DNA of 64,000 nt. It comes from Chiloscyllium plagiosum (lineage: Eukaryota). The stretch covers positions 9,711,112-9,775,111 of the forward strand of contig NC_057719.1 in the NCBI RefSeq assembly GCF_004010195.1, in the 5' to 3' direction. Position numbers and translations under genes: made by a program. Numbering within the stretch: the first letter of the stretch is position 1; the number at the start of each line of letters is the position of its first letter. The notes beneath the pieces were generated by a model. The model was not told the DNA's origin. It did not search any database and saw nothing but the letters and a program-made list of their open reading frames with translations. Shown here in pieces: positions 12,037 through 23,129 of the stretch.

Positions 12037-13065
12037 CTTCAGTGAAGATAGACAACTGCACTTCCCCCACGATAATACTCAACACTGGAGCTGTCCGAGG
12101 ATGCATCCGAAGCCTCCTACAAAACTCCCTGTTGACCCACAACTATGGTGCCAATTCCAAATGAACGCCATCTACAGGTTCGCCGATGACACCACCATGG
12201 CAGGACGATATCCAACAGTGATGAGTCAGAATACAGGAAGGGGATAGAGGGCTCGGTGACATGGTGCAATGATATCAACCTCTCATTCAACGTCAGCAAA
12301 ACTAAAGAACTGATCATTGCCTTCAGAACGAAAGGAGGAGAACACACCTCCATCTCCATCAATGGAGCTGAAGTTGAGAGGGTGGAGAGCGACAAGTTCC
12401 TAGGAGTGACGATAACCAACAATCTGTCCTGGGCTTCCCATTCGACGGTCAAGAAGTGACAACAAAACCTTTTCCTCATCAGGCGGCGCAGGAAATTTAG
12501 CATGTCCAGAAGGTCCCTCACCAACTTTTGTAGATGCACTATAGAAAGCATACTGTCTGGGAACATAATGGCCTGGTATGGCAACTGCTCTGCCCAGGAC
12601 CATAAGATACTACAGAAGGTAGTGTGCACAGCCCAGACCAACACGGAAGCCAACCTCCCATTCATGGGCTCCATTTAAACTGCCCGTTGCCACGGAAAGC
12701 TGCCAACATCATCAACAACCCCTCCCACCTCACTAATGTGCATCTACAACCTCTTCCATCAGGCAGCATATGCAGAAACTTGAACACAGTCACCAGCAGG
12801 TTTAAGAACAGTTCCTTCCCTACCCTTTATTGGACTGATGAAAGGACCTCTCTAAACTTCAAATAATGGTGATCTTGCTAATGTTGATCTTGTCCAGCAC
12901 ATGTCCTATGTGATGTAACCTGTATGCCCTGCCTAAGCATTTTTTTTGTGCTATGAGCTGTATGTCATTGCTTACCATGATCTGCCTGTGCTGCTCATAA
13001 ACAAAGCTCTTCATTGTGCTTCGGAACATGTGACAATAAATAAATCAATTCAAATCAAATAAATC
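12037..13065 (+). mobile_element. Rex1/Babar-like LINE, 3' part of RT and tail
   Basis: tacaggttcgccgatgacacc (YRFADDT) and LSFNVSKTKELII; tail aataaataaatcaattcaaatc. Confidence 0.85.
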
Positions 13066-14350
13066 AGTTATACTTTCAGGAGTAATGTGGCACAGACTAA
13101 GATACTAACTTTTAGGACATAACAATATCTCCTACAAGGTATGTTGGGCCTTCAAGGCGACAGGATTCGAGTGCAGGAACAGGGATGTCTTGCTGCAATG
13201 GACAGGGACCTTGGTGAGACCACACCTGGAGTAGTGTATAAAGATATGTCTCTTTATCTGAGGAAGGATGTTCCGGCAATGTAAGGAGTGCAGCAAAGCT
13301 TTAACAGACTATATAGAGTCATAGAGATGTACAGCATGGAAACAGACCCTTCGGTCCATGCCGATCAGATATCCCAACCCAATCTAGTCCCACTTGCCAG
13401 CACCTGGCCCATATCCCTCCAAACCCTTCCTATTCATATACCCATCCAAATGCCTCTTAAATGTTGCAATTGTACCAGCCTCCATCATTTCCTCTGGCAG
13501 CTCATTCCATACACGTACCACCCTCTGTGTGAAAAAGTTGCCCCATAGGTCTCTTTTATATCTTTCCCCCCTCACCCTAAACCTATGCCCTCTAGTGGCA
13601 CACTCACTGTTGACTTACTATTCATCGGGTGAGATTCATCGTTAATGAGGCTTTCAACAAGTGATAATCTCCCTCAATAGGCATCTCATCACTCTCAGCA
13701 AAGATCTTGTTGCAACGACTAGAGCTCTGTTAGAAAATGCAATGAGTTGTTTCTGGTGTCAGGGAAGGCCTTGTCTGACTCCCCACAATTCTCCCAGATT
13801 TCTCACCATCGCTCACATCATTCAGAACCGATAAGGTTCCTCCCTCCAGTTTATTCCAGTGTGACACCATCCTTATGCTATTTTCTTCTACTGTACTCCT
13901 TCTAACTACCACTGACCTTGTCTTTCTGGTGTTCATACTCAGTCTATATCCTCGAGTCCTATCTTGGCACATGGTGGAATTTGAATTCAATAAAAATCTG
14001 GAATTAAGGGTCCAATCATGGCCATGAAGTAATTGTCAATTGTTGGGAAAAACCCATCTCGTTCACCAATGTTCTTTAGGGAAGGAAATTGTTGTCCTCA
14101 ACCAATCTGGCCTACATGTGACTCCAGACCCACAGTCATTTGGTTGACTTTTAATTGCCCTCTGGGTAATAAATGCTGGCTCCCATGTGCCACAAGTGAA
14201 TTTTTAAAGAATTAATAAAATTTGGAATATAAACATAATCCAAGAAGATGGGAAAACTGCCATCGATTGTCATTAAAATCTGGATCACTACTGTCTTTAC
14301 CTGGTCTGGCCTACACTGTGACTCCTGATCCACAGCAGTCTGATTGACTC

Positions 14351-14461
14351 TTTTTTTCCAGCTCTCAGAGTGAACAGAACCTCTGACACTCCTGATTTTT
14401 TTTAAACCCCCACACTACCGCCTAACTGCAGTAGTGCTTATTGTTTTCCCCAGCACCCATG
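14351..14461 (-). mobile_element. Tx1-like 3' terminus with transduced LTR-like flank and oligo(A)
   Basis: Reverse complement matches 21958-22024, then caggagtgtcagaggttctgttcactctgagagctgg (cf. 22062-22098), then A7. Confidence 0.8.
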
Positions 14462-16224
14462 CTTGCCTTCATTGGTCAAAGCACTGAGTACAGGAGTTGG
14501 GATGCCATGTTGGTGCATGTATGGAATGAGCTGCCAGAGGAAGTGATGGAGGCTGGTACAATTACAACATTTAAAAGGCATCTGGATGGATATATGAATA
14601 GGAAGGGTTTAGAGGGATCTGGACTGGGTGCTGGTAAATGGGACTAGATCGATTTAGGATATCTGGTCAACATGAATGGGTTGGACTGATGGGTCTGTAC
14701 ATCTCCATGACTCTATGACTCTGCCCTCTCCCCCTCTCCTGCTTTTGTGAAAATTGCCTACGGGTGGAAATGGGAGGCTGGACGTGCAGCTTTGGTAACG
14801 TTTTGGCCATTCCTGACAATCTCCATTCCAGTCCAATCAGGGAGGTGAAAATTCAGTGCAATCCTCTGCGATGACAGAAACACTGAACGCCCTGGCAGAG
14901 TGACAAAGGAAGAATGTGCCGGGTTAGGTAGGAGAACAGTATGGAGTGAGGTGTGCACTTGGAGACAAAATGGGCCGTCCTTCTGTGTTGTAACAATTCC
15001 GTGACACTGAGGATGTTTCCATTTCAACAACAAGCTGTAATTGATACAAATAGAGTAAATTGGCTGATTATGTAGCACGGGTTAAGGCCATGGTGGACAA
15101 TATCTGGCACAAACCTCATAGATTACCATTCTAAGTGTTCTAATTCCTTTGTCAAAGTAACAGATGGCAGACTCTCATGGCTCTGATGTTGTAAGCACTT
15201 GATTGAACGACAAATGACTATCAATTTATTCTCTGTTATATTTATCATTAAAAGAAAATCAGATCAAATTCTCCTTTAAATTTCTTCTGTCAATTTAGCC
15301 ATTGAGAGGATGTGTGATTGCTCTGTTTCCTGCTCTTTGCACTGACAGGAGTTGTTGAGACAATAAATTGGTCTATCAACACAAAATGTACATTGGTGAT
15401 TGATAGATCATAACTGAGGATAGGCTTGCTGCAGCTAAACAAAATCAATGAGACACACTGATGATTTGAATAGATTCTTCATCCTGTTCATTGAGAATGC
15501 ACCTGTTTAACACAACTTACTGGATGCTTATTTTTTAACACAGAGAATATGTTTCTTTTTTTTCTGCTTCTACAACACCAGAGACAACTGCTGGCTAAAT
15601 CAGTGGACCTTTGCAAAAATAATTTGCAGATAATTTGTTCCCATTAGTGCTGCCAAGGAATGAAAACTAAACCAGCCATGACTGCCTGCAATGGAGGAGC
15701 AGGCTTGAGAGGCTGAATAGCATCTTCCTGCTCATGATTCTTGTGTAAACGATATCAATAGAAATTCAACAGACTGCCACAGAGGTGAAAACAAAGTCAA
15801 TAAGCATATCATCTGGCATGACACAATGTTTTCCTGCTGCGCGGCTTGGAATATCATTTAATCTTCAAAAGCTTGGACATTTTCATTGAGGTCCACATAT
15901 GGATAGGTTGGTGTTAAATTACTATGCAGGTACCTTGACTGTTGTTGAGGTGAGTAGCAGCAATGGTTGCCCTGGGCATTGACGTTATATCATTTGATCC
16001 CCTCGACATATCTTCACAGACTGGGATGATTCTATGGATTAAACCCTGTTTTATATCTGTCCTCATGGATTCTGACCACCCTCGGGCCTGGGCACTGGGT
16101 GTTGCCAAACCTCATTGCTAGTGCACTGGAAATCAAGCCCCATTGTTCCTGGATTCATGACCAAATTTAAAATTTTTCAAATAACTACACTAAAATTCCT
16201 CAATTTATGTGATTTTCAGACCCA

Positions 16225-17590
16225 GGATGATAGAAAGATAGGATTTATATGCATTTGGAAAGGCAAAGAATGATTAGGGATAGTCAGCATGGTTTGGAGA
16301 GAGGGAAGTCACATCTTACAAGACTTGATTGAGTACCTTGAAGAAGTAACCAACAGGACTGATGAGGGCTGAGCAGTAGACATTGTTTACTCAGACTTTG
16401 GTAAAGCCTTTGACAATGTTCCACTTGGCAAACTAATTCGTAAAGTTAGAACACATGGGATTCAGGGTCAGCTTGCTAATTAGGTACAAAATTAGCTTGA
16501 TGGTAAGAAAAAGAAGGTGATGGTGAAGAGTTATTTTTCAGACTGGAGGCCTGTGACCAGTGGTGTTCCACAGGGATCGGTGCTGGGTCCATTTTTGCTT
16601 GCCATTTATATAAATGATTGAGATGAGAACATAGAAGACCTGATTAAGTAAGTTTGCAGATGACATCAAGATTGGTGGACAGTGAAGAAGGTTATCTAGG
16701 ATTACAAAGAGATCTTGATCAATTGGGTCAATGGGCCGATGAGCAGCAGATGGAGTTTAATTTGGGTAAATGCGAGGTATTGCATTTTGGTAAAACAAAC
16801 AACAGCAGGACTTCTATAATTAAACGTAGGGCCTGAGATCGTCTTGTAGAACAGCGACCTATGAGGTGAGGTACATCATTCTTTGAAATTTGCATCACGT
16901 ATAGATTGGACGGTTAAGAAGATGATTAACAGATTGCCCTTATTGCTCTGACCTTTGAGTATTGGAGTTAGGATGTTATGTCAAGGTTGTACTGGACATT
17001 GGTGAGGCCTTTTCTGGAGTACTGTGTCCAGATCTGGTCACTCTGTTATAGGAAAGATATTATTAAACTGGAGAGGGTTCAGAAAAAAAATCACCAGCAT
17101 GTTGCCAGGAATAGAGGGATTAAGTTATGGGGAGAGATTGGATAGGCAGGGACATTTTCCACTGGAGTATAGGAGGTTGAGGGGTGACCTGATAGAGGTT
17201 TATAAAATCACGAGGAGTATATATAAGAGGAATGGTAGGTACTTTTTTTCCCCTAGTGTGGGGGGCTTTCAAAACTAGGGGGCATATTTTTAAGGTGAGA
17301 GGAGAAAGATAAAAAAAAACGTGAGGGACAATATTTTACACAGAGAGTGATTGTCTATGGAATGAACTCTCAGTGGAAGTGGTGGATGTTGTCTATGGAA
17401 TGAACTCTCAGTGGAAGTGGTGGATGTGAGAACAGTTACAACATTTAAAAGACATTTCGATAAGTATATTAACAAGAAATGTTTGTAGGGATATGGACCA
17501 TATACAGATAGGTGGAACTAATTTAGTTTTGAATTATGGTTGGCATGGACTGTTGGATTGAAGGGTCTGTTCCATGCTGTATGGCTCTGT
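16225..17590 (+). mobile_element. Decayed CR1 LINE (RT to 3' UTR)
   Basis: ggtgttccacagggatcggtgctgggtcc ([10 protein letters not shown]), QMEFNLGKCEVLHFG, CR1 3' UTR; contains a 38-bp tandem duplication at 17351-17426. Confidence 0.88.
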
Positions 17591-17624
17591 TTCTGTACTA
17601 AACAACAATTACTATTTGTAGAAC

Positions 17625-18285
17625 ATTGAGGGAGGTTGTTGAGCATTGTTGTTTTGACTGAAGGTCTGTGACCATTGGTGTGCCATCAGTCTCGGTGCTG
17701 GCTCCATTGTTTTTTGTCATTTATATAAATGACCTGGATGAGAATATATGAGGCATGGTTAGTAAGTTTGTGGATGACACCAAAATTGATTCTATACTGG
17801 ACAGTGAAATAGATCATTTAAGAGTACAATGAGATCTTGATCAGATGAACCAATGGGCCAAGGAATGGCAGATGAAGTTTAATTTAGATAAAGGCGAGGT
17901 GTTACATTTTGGTAAGAGAAACCATGGCAGGACTTACACAGTTAATGATTCGGCCCTGGGAAGTGTTCTTGAACAGCAGGACCTAGAAGTGCAGGTTCAT
18001 AGTTCCTTGGAAATGGAGTAACAGGTAGACAGGGTGGTGAAGAAGGCATTTGGCATGCTTGCTTTCATTGGTCAAAGCACTGAGTACAGGAGTTGGGATG
18101 CCATGTTGCGGCTGTACAGGACATTGCTAAAGCCACTTTTAGAATACTGTATACAAATCTGGTCACCCTGCTATAGGAAGGATGTTGTTTGAAGTGGAGA
18201 AGGTGCGGAAAAAATTGACAAGGATTTCACTAGGACTGGACAGTTTGAGTTATAAGGAGAAGCTGGATAGGCTGGGACTATTTTA
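17625..18285 (+). mobile_element. Decayed CR1 LINE fragment
   Basis: agtaagtttgtggatgacacc and downstream RT C-terminal sequence. Confidence 0.85.
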
Positions 18286-19349
18286 CAAGTCAACCACATT
18301 GTTGTGTGACTGGAGTCGCATGTAGACCAGACCAGCTAAGAAAGGCAGATTTCCTTCCCTCACAGACATTAGGGAACCAGATGGATTTGTTTCCCAACAA
18401 TTGACAATGGATTCATGCTCATCATTACACTCTAAATTCTACTGTACTTCTTATTGTTCGCTGAATTCAAATTCCACTATCTGCCATTGCAAGTTTCAAA
18501 TCCAGGTCAACAGAGAACTAATCTGCCATTCTGGATTAACTGTGCACTGATAATACAACGGGCCAATGTCTCCCTCGAATGCATGTCTCTTGCCAGCAAC
18601 AGTATAAAAAAGTGTGAAAAGCTCCATTAAGGAAAAGATCATCTCTACTAAAATGTGCTAATAAAACATAGGCTAGCCAGTTATTTGCCTTGGGTGAATG
18701 AATGCCTGAATAGAGTGTTGGAGTGCATGTTGAAGCACCTGCAAACTTTATGCAACATGACATTCTCCCGAACCAGAAAACATTGGCTTTGAAGTCAGAT
18801 CAAATACCACTTTAACATTTACACAGCAGTACAATTCTTTCCAAAACAGATACAAGGTCACCGTTGCAGTTAAGCGGATTAACAATTTGAAATCTCCCCA
18901 GTGTCTTTGGAGATTTGCTACAGAATTGCGAGTCAGCTCCACACTCAGGCTTTGGACTCTTGCCTAATTCAAACCTGGATGGTTTTTCGTCACAGGGTTT
19001 ATTTTAAGTGGTTCAGCCCTAATTATAATAACATATCCTGTGACTTGAGAAATCGAGGACAGCAACGACTGAGAGGAATCTCAGAATGAGTAGCTGGCAA
19101 TTGAAACACAGCATGGTTACAGATTTGAAGAAAGAGACATTTTCTGTACATTGTACACATTGCAAGCAGCAATTTAATTCCATTTTCATTAGCTAAACAA
19201 ACACAATTCCAGCTAACAATGGTGCATGAAATGATAAAGAGAGATCTTTTATTTAACCTCTGAGGTGGGTAATTCTCAGCATTTCTGTAGAAACACAGAT
19301 AAAGGCCTTGATACTCAGATCTGATTACCAGTTTAAGGCTGCCGAACAT

Positions 19350-19775
19350 ATCCACACAGTTGTGAACACAGCCCAGTCCATCGTTCAAGCTGACCTTCCA
19401 TCCACTGACTCCACCTATACTTCCCATGCCCTTGGAAGACAGCCAACATAATCAAAGACCTCTCTCACCACGGTTATAATCTCTTCCAATCTCTTCAATT
19501 GGGCAGAAGATACAGGAGTTTAAATGTACATAACAAAGGGTTCAGGAACAGCTTCTTCCCCGCTGTTATTATTCTGCTGAACGGAACTTTCAAACTTTAA
19601 ATTTAATGTTGATCTCGCTCTTTGTGCACCTTCTCTGCAGCCAGAATATTGTATTCCTCGCTCTGTTCTGTCACCTAATGCACTTTATAATGGTATGATC
19701 TGCCTGTACTGCAGGCAAAACAAAACTTTTCACCGTACTGAGGTACATGTGACATTAATAAATCAAATCAAATAA
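19350..19775 (+). mobile_element. Rex1/Babar-like LINE 3' end
   Basis: Homologous to 12620-13065 and 40310-40735. Confidence 0.8.
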
Positions 19776-21069
19776 CGATGGATCACATCAAAAATTCATG
19801 ATCCATTATTCAATGCAGTTATTAACTTATTTAAGTGTTTCGTTCACTCAGCAGGTAAGCAAACAAATGTGGGCACGTTAACCTGTACCCAGTGTAATTT
19901 CAACATGTATGAAATTTAAAAGACTTACAGCTAGTAGCAGGAGACAAATACTGACCCTCAGAGACTAGAATAGGCTCCAAGGTTCAGTGCACACAATGGT
20001 ACAACTTGACAAACTTAACCAGCAATTGCAGATCATCCACTCCATCTAGCTCCAGGACATCAATAAAGATGTGATGTTCAGATGTCAGCCCTGAAGGAGA
20101 GTCATACCAGACTTGAAACGTTAACTCTGTTTTCTCTCGCAAAGGTGGTGCTGAGTTTCTCCAGCATTTCTGTGTTTGTTTCAGATTTCCAGCATCCAAA
20201 GTCCATAAAGGTGTTAGACCTCAGCTCTTACTGTCATCCATTACACTTAAACCAACAGCAATGAGGCTAGTTTTAAAAGAGAGATCTTTTATTTAACCTC
20301 TGAGCTCAATCAATGGTAGAAAACATCCAGGAGGATAGTGGAAAGTGATAACCTTAGAATCATACAACATGGAAACAGACTCTTCAGCCCACTCATTCAT
20401 GTTGACCCAGTTTCCTAAATTGAACTAGTCCCATTTTTCTGTATTCGATCCATATCCTTCTAAAGCTCTCCTATTTATGTACCCGTCTAAATGTCTTTAA
20501 TTGTTGTGATTGTACCCGCTTCCAACCTCTCTTCTGGCAGCTCGCACATACACACCACCCTCAGTATGAAAATATTGCCCCTCAGGTCCCTTTCAAATCT
20601 TTCCCCTCTCACCTTCAACCTATGCCCTCTAGTTTTGGATTCCCCTACCATGCTTTGCTATTCACCTTACCGATGCCCTTCGTGAATTTATACACAGTGG
20701 AGCCAGTGGATCGATAATTGCAGCACACCAATGGTCACAGGCCTCCAACCTGAACAACAATCCTCTACCAGCACTCTCTCTCTCTCTCCTACCATCAAGC
20801 CAATTCTGTGTCCAGTTGGCTCTCTCTCTGTCCTCAAAGCATCCCTGAAGAGGTCAAACACCTTCACTGCACCAGGGGAGTCACTTCCCTGTGACCGATC
20901 AAACTGGAGGACGTTCATCTGTCAAGGCACCCAACGCATTGGGAAATTTCAGCAGGTAGGTGCAGGAGCAAAGCTGAGATGTGGTAGGGAGAGAGCAAAT
21001 TTTGTGCGAAGATTTGTAGCTCGGGTGCTCGTTGTTGTGGTTCTGTTCGCCGAGCTGGAAATTTTTGTT

Positions 21070-21109
21070 GCAAACGTTTCGTCCCCTGGCTAGGCGACAT
21101 CATCAGTGC
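21070..21109 (-). ncRNA. Minimal type I hammerhead ribozyme motif (mirror copy, sense to the neurexin pre-mRNA)
   Basis: Exact reverse complement of 21267-21306. Confidence 0.75.
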
Positions 21110-21266
21110 TTGGGAGCCTCCTGCGAAGCGCTTCTTTGATGTTTCCTCCGGTGTTTATAGTGGTCTGTCCCTGCCGCTTCCGGTTGTTACAACCGGGAGC
21201 GGCAGGGACAGACTACTATAAATACCGGAGGAAACATCAAAGAAGCGCTTCGCAGGAGGCTCCCAA

Positions 21267-21306
21267 GCACTGATGATGTCGCCTAGCCAGGGGACGAAAC
21301 GTTTGC
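21267..21306 (+). ncRNA. Minimal type I hammerhead ribozyme motif
   Basis: GCA-CUGAUGA-U-GUCGCCU(AGCC)AGGGGAC-GAAA-CGUU-UGC: stem I GCA/UGC, stem II 6 of 7 bp, self-complementary ACGU at stem III. Confidence 0.75.
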
Positions 21307-21431
21307 AACAAAAACTTCCAGCTCGGCGAACAGAACCACAACAGAGAGCAAATCTCCAAATGAGCCAACCCTTCAAGCAACACCTTCCCCACACCTGGCA
21401 GAGACTGCAGGTTGTGCACTGTACATTAAAC

Positions 21432-22190
21432 TGGAATAAATACAGCCAGATGGACATAATAGGAGTTCCCTGACTGGGTTGTTAATCTGGTCCTATCAGG
21501 GAGCCCTGGCTGACAGATATAAACAGGAGTGCTGAAGACTTCCTCGTGGGTCTGCTCCTGGGCCTGGCCAAACTGGCCATAAACAGGTCCAGGCAGCGGG
21601 CCGTGGAGGGAGTCAATAGGGCTGACTGCCTGCCCCTCTTCCTCAGTTACGTTAGAGCCCGGGTATCCTTGGAGAAGGAGCATGCGGTGCCCACCAACAC
21701 CCTGGAGTTGTTCAGGGAGAGGTGGGCACCGCAAGGAGTGGAGTGTATTATTTCCCCCTCCAACTCTATTTTGATTTAATCCCTGCCCTCCCCTTCACTG
21801 TTTGATCACACAGCATTGACCTTTGATGCGAAGGGCACTAACTTGTCACTGGCCACTCGGGTGTTTTCGTATCTTCCTGGTGGTGGAAAATGAATAAAGA
21901 TTCATGCACCTTGTGTCTCTCACTGTGTCTCACACCTACACACACACACACACACAACATGGGTGCTGGGGGAAAAATAAGCACTACCGCAGTTAGGCGG
22001 CAGTGTTGTGGGGGTTAAAAAAAAATAAACAGGAGTGTCTGAAAAAAGAGAGAAAAATAAACAGGAGTGTCAGAGATTCTGTTCACTCAGAGAACTGGCT
22101 CTGAGGGAGCCAAACCAGTGTCAAGTCATATGCACGTGTAAATACAGGGTGACCTGGTGATGGGATACCGGCCTCTGTGGAGTTATTTCA
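21432..22190 (+). mobile_element. Second copy of the short solo-LTR-like element, interrupted at its TATA box
   Basis: gagttccctga...gttaatctggtcc...ctgacagatataaacagg...ttctgttcact...ggagttatttca is shared with 2431-3248. Confidence 0.65.
21532..22056 (+). mobile_element. Tx1-like LINE 3' end (ORF2 C-terminus, 3' UTR, poly(A))
   Basis: LLLGLAKLAINRSR...YVRARVSLE...FRERWAPQG resembles L1/Tx1 ORF2 C-termini; 13-bp TSD ataaacaggagtg (21519-21531 / 22057-22069). Confidence 0.8.
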
Positions 22191-23129
22191 AAAGTCATCA
22201 CTGATCCTGACAAATTTCTCAAAGTGGCGTTCCATTGTTCAAATCAATCTGTCCTGATGACTGGCCTTGGTTAGTGTTGTGATGGGGACAAGGGGGATTG
22301 AGGGTGACAATGAGACCTCAGACTCTGTTGGTTAGGAATCCATTTACATCTACCTTAAAAATACTCAGTGATGCTGTCCCTGTGATACATCCATGCGGAC
22401 CGTCCGGATAGATCCGAGGCTAATTCCTGACCATCGCTGTCCATATCTTTGTCATTCTCATTGCTACACCTCAGATAAAGAGCAAGTGGCTAAATGGGAA
22501 CATCCAACCATTGCATACAAGATAGCAGCTGTGCTCTACTTAGCAGTGGAAAAGAGCATTACTCCAAGGAACAGAAAATAAACCCTAAACTTATGCAACT
22601 TGAATTTCTAATAATGTAGCCTTTGGTTTCAGATTTGAAACATCCATCAATGTGTTAAGAGTTCAGTCAAAATAAATATATTAATTCTGCGTTAATGCTC
22701 GGAACAATGAGGTTCATTAATAACATTGTCAGATGCAGGTTTATACTGATGTGTACTTGCATACGCTTGCTTGCCAACATGACAGCAATTAATTATTTTG
22801 TGTGCATGCATGTTATTACAGTGATATGGGTGCAAAATATCAATGTTAATGATTGGAACACGTTACTCAAGGTGTCAGCATTGCCTTGTGTAGAGTGACG
22901 CTCCTTTTATTCTAATAATAATTTATCATGTTCCCAAGCTTACAAAAGGTGCACTAAACATTCCCATTTAGTCATTGCTCACTTCTCCATCTCCCGTACT
23001 TCGGAGCTCTCTCATGGAGGTCGCCAATTACACTGATGAGAATGTTAAACCTGCGGGCATGGTCAAGGTCAACAGCACTTAAGCAATAGGTGGTAGATGG
23101 ATACTCACATAAAAGTTAAGGGAATGATG

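Larger units (their letters stand above)
21001..21342. mobile_element. Palindromic Penelope-type pseudo-LTR insertion
   Basis: 155-bp inverted arms centred on 21188 (4 mismatches by my count); 11-bp TSD agagagcaaat (20990-21000 / 21343-21353); tataaata and a hammerhead motif in the arm. Confidence 0.8.

Noticed and set aside
17351..17426. CRISPR-like 38-bp repeat
   Set aside because: Two adjacent copies without a spacer inside a CR1; a simple tandem duplication in eukaryotic DNA.
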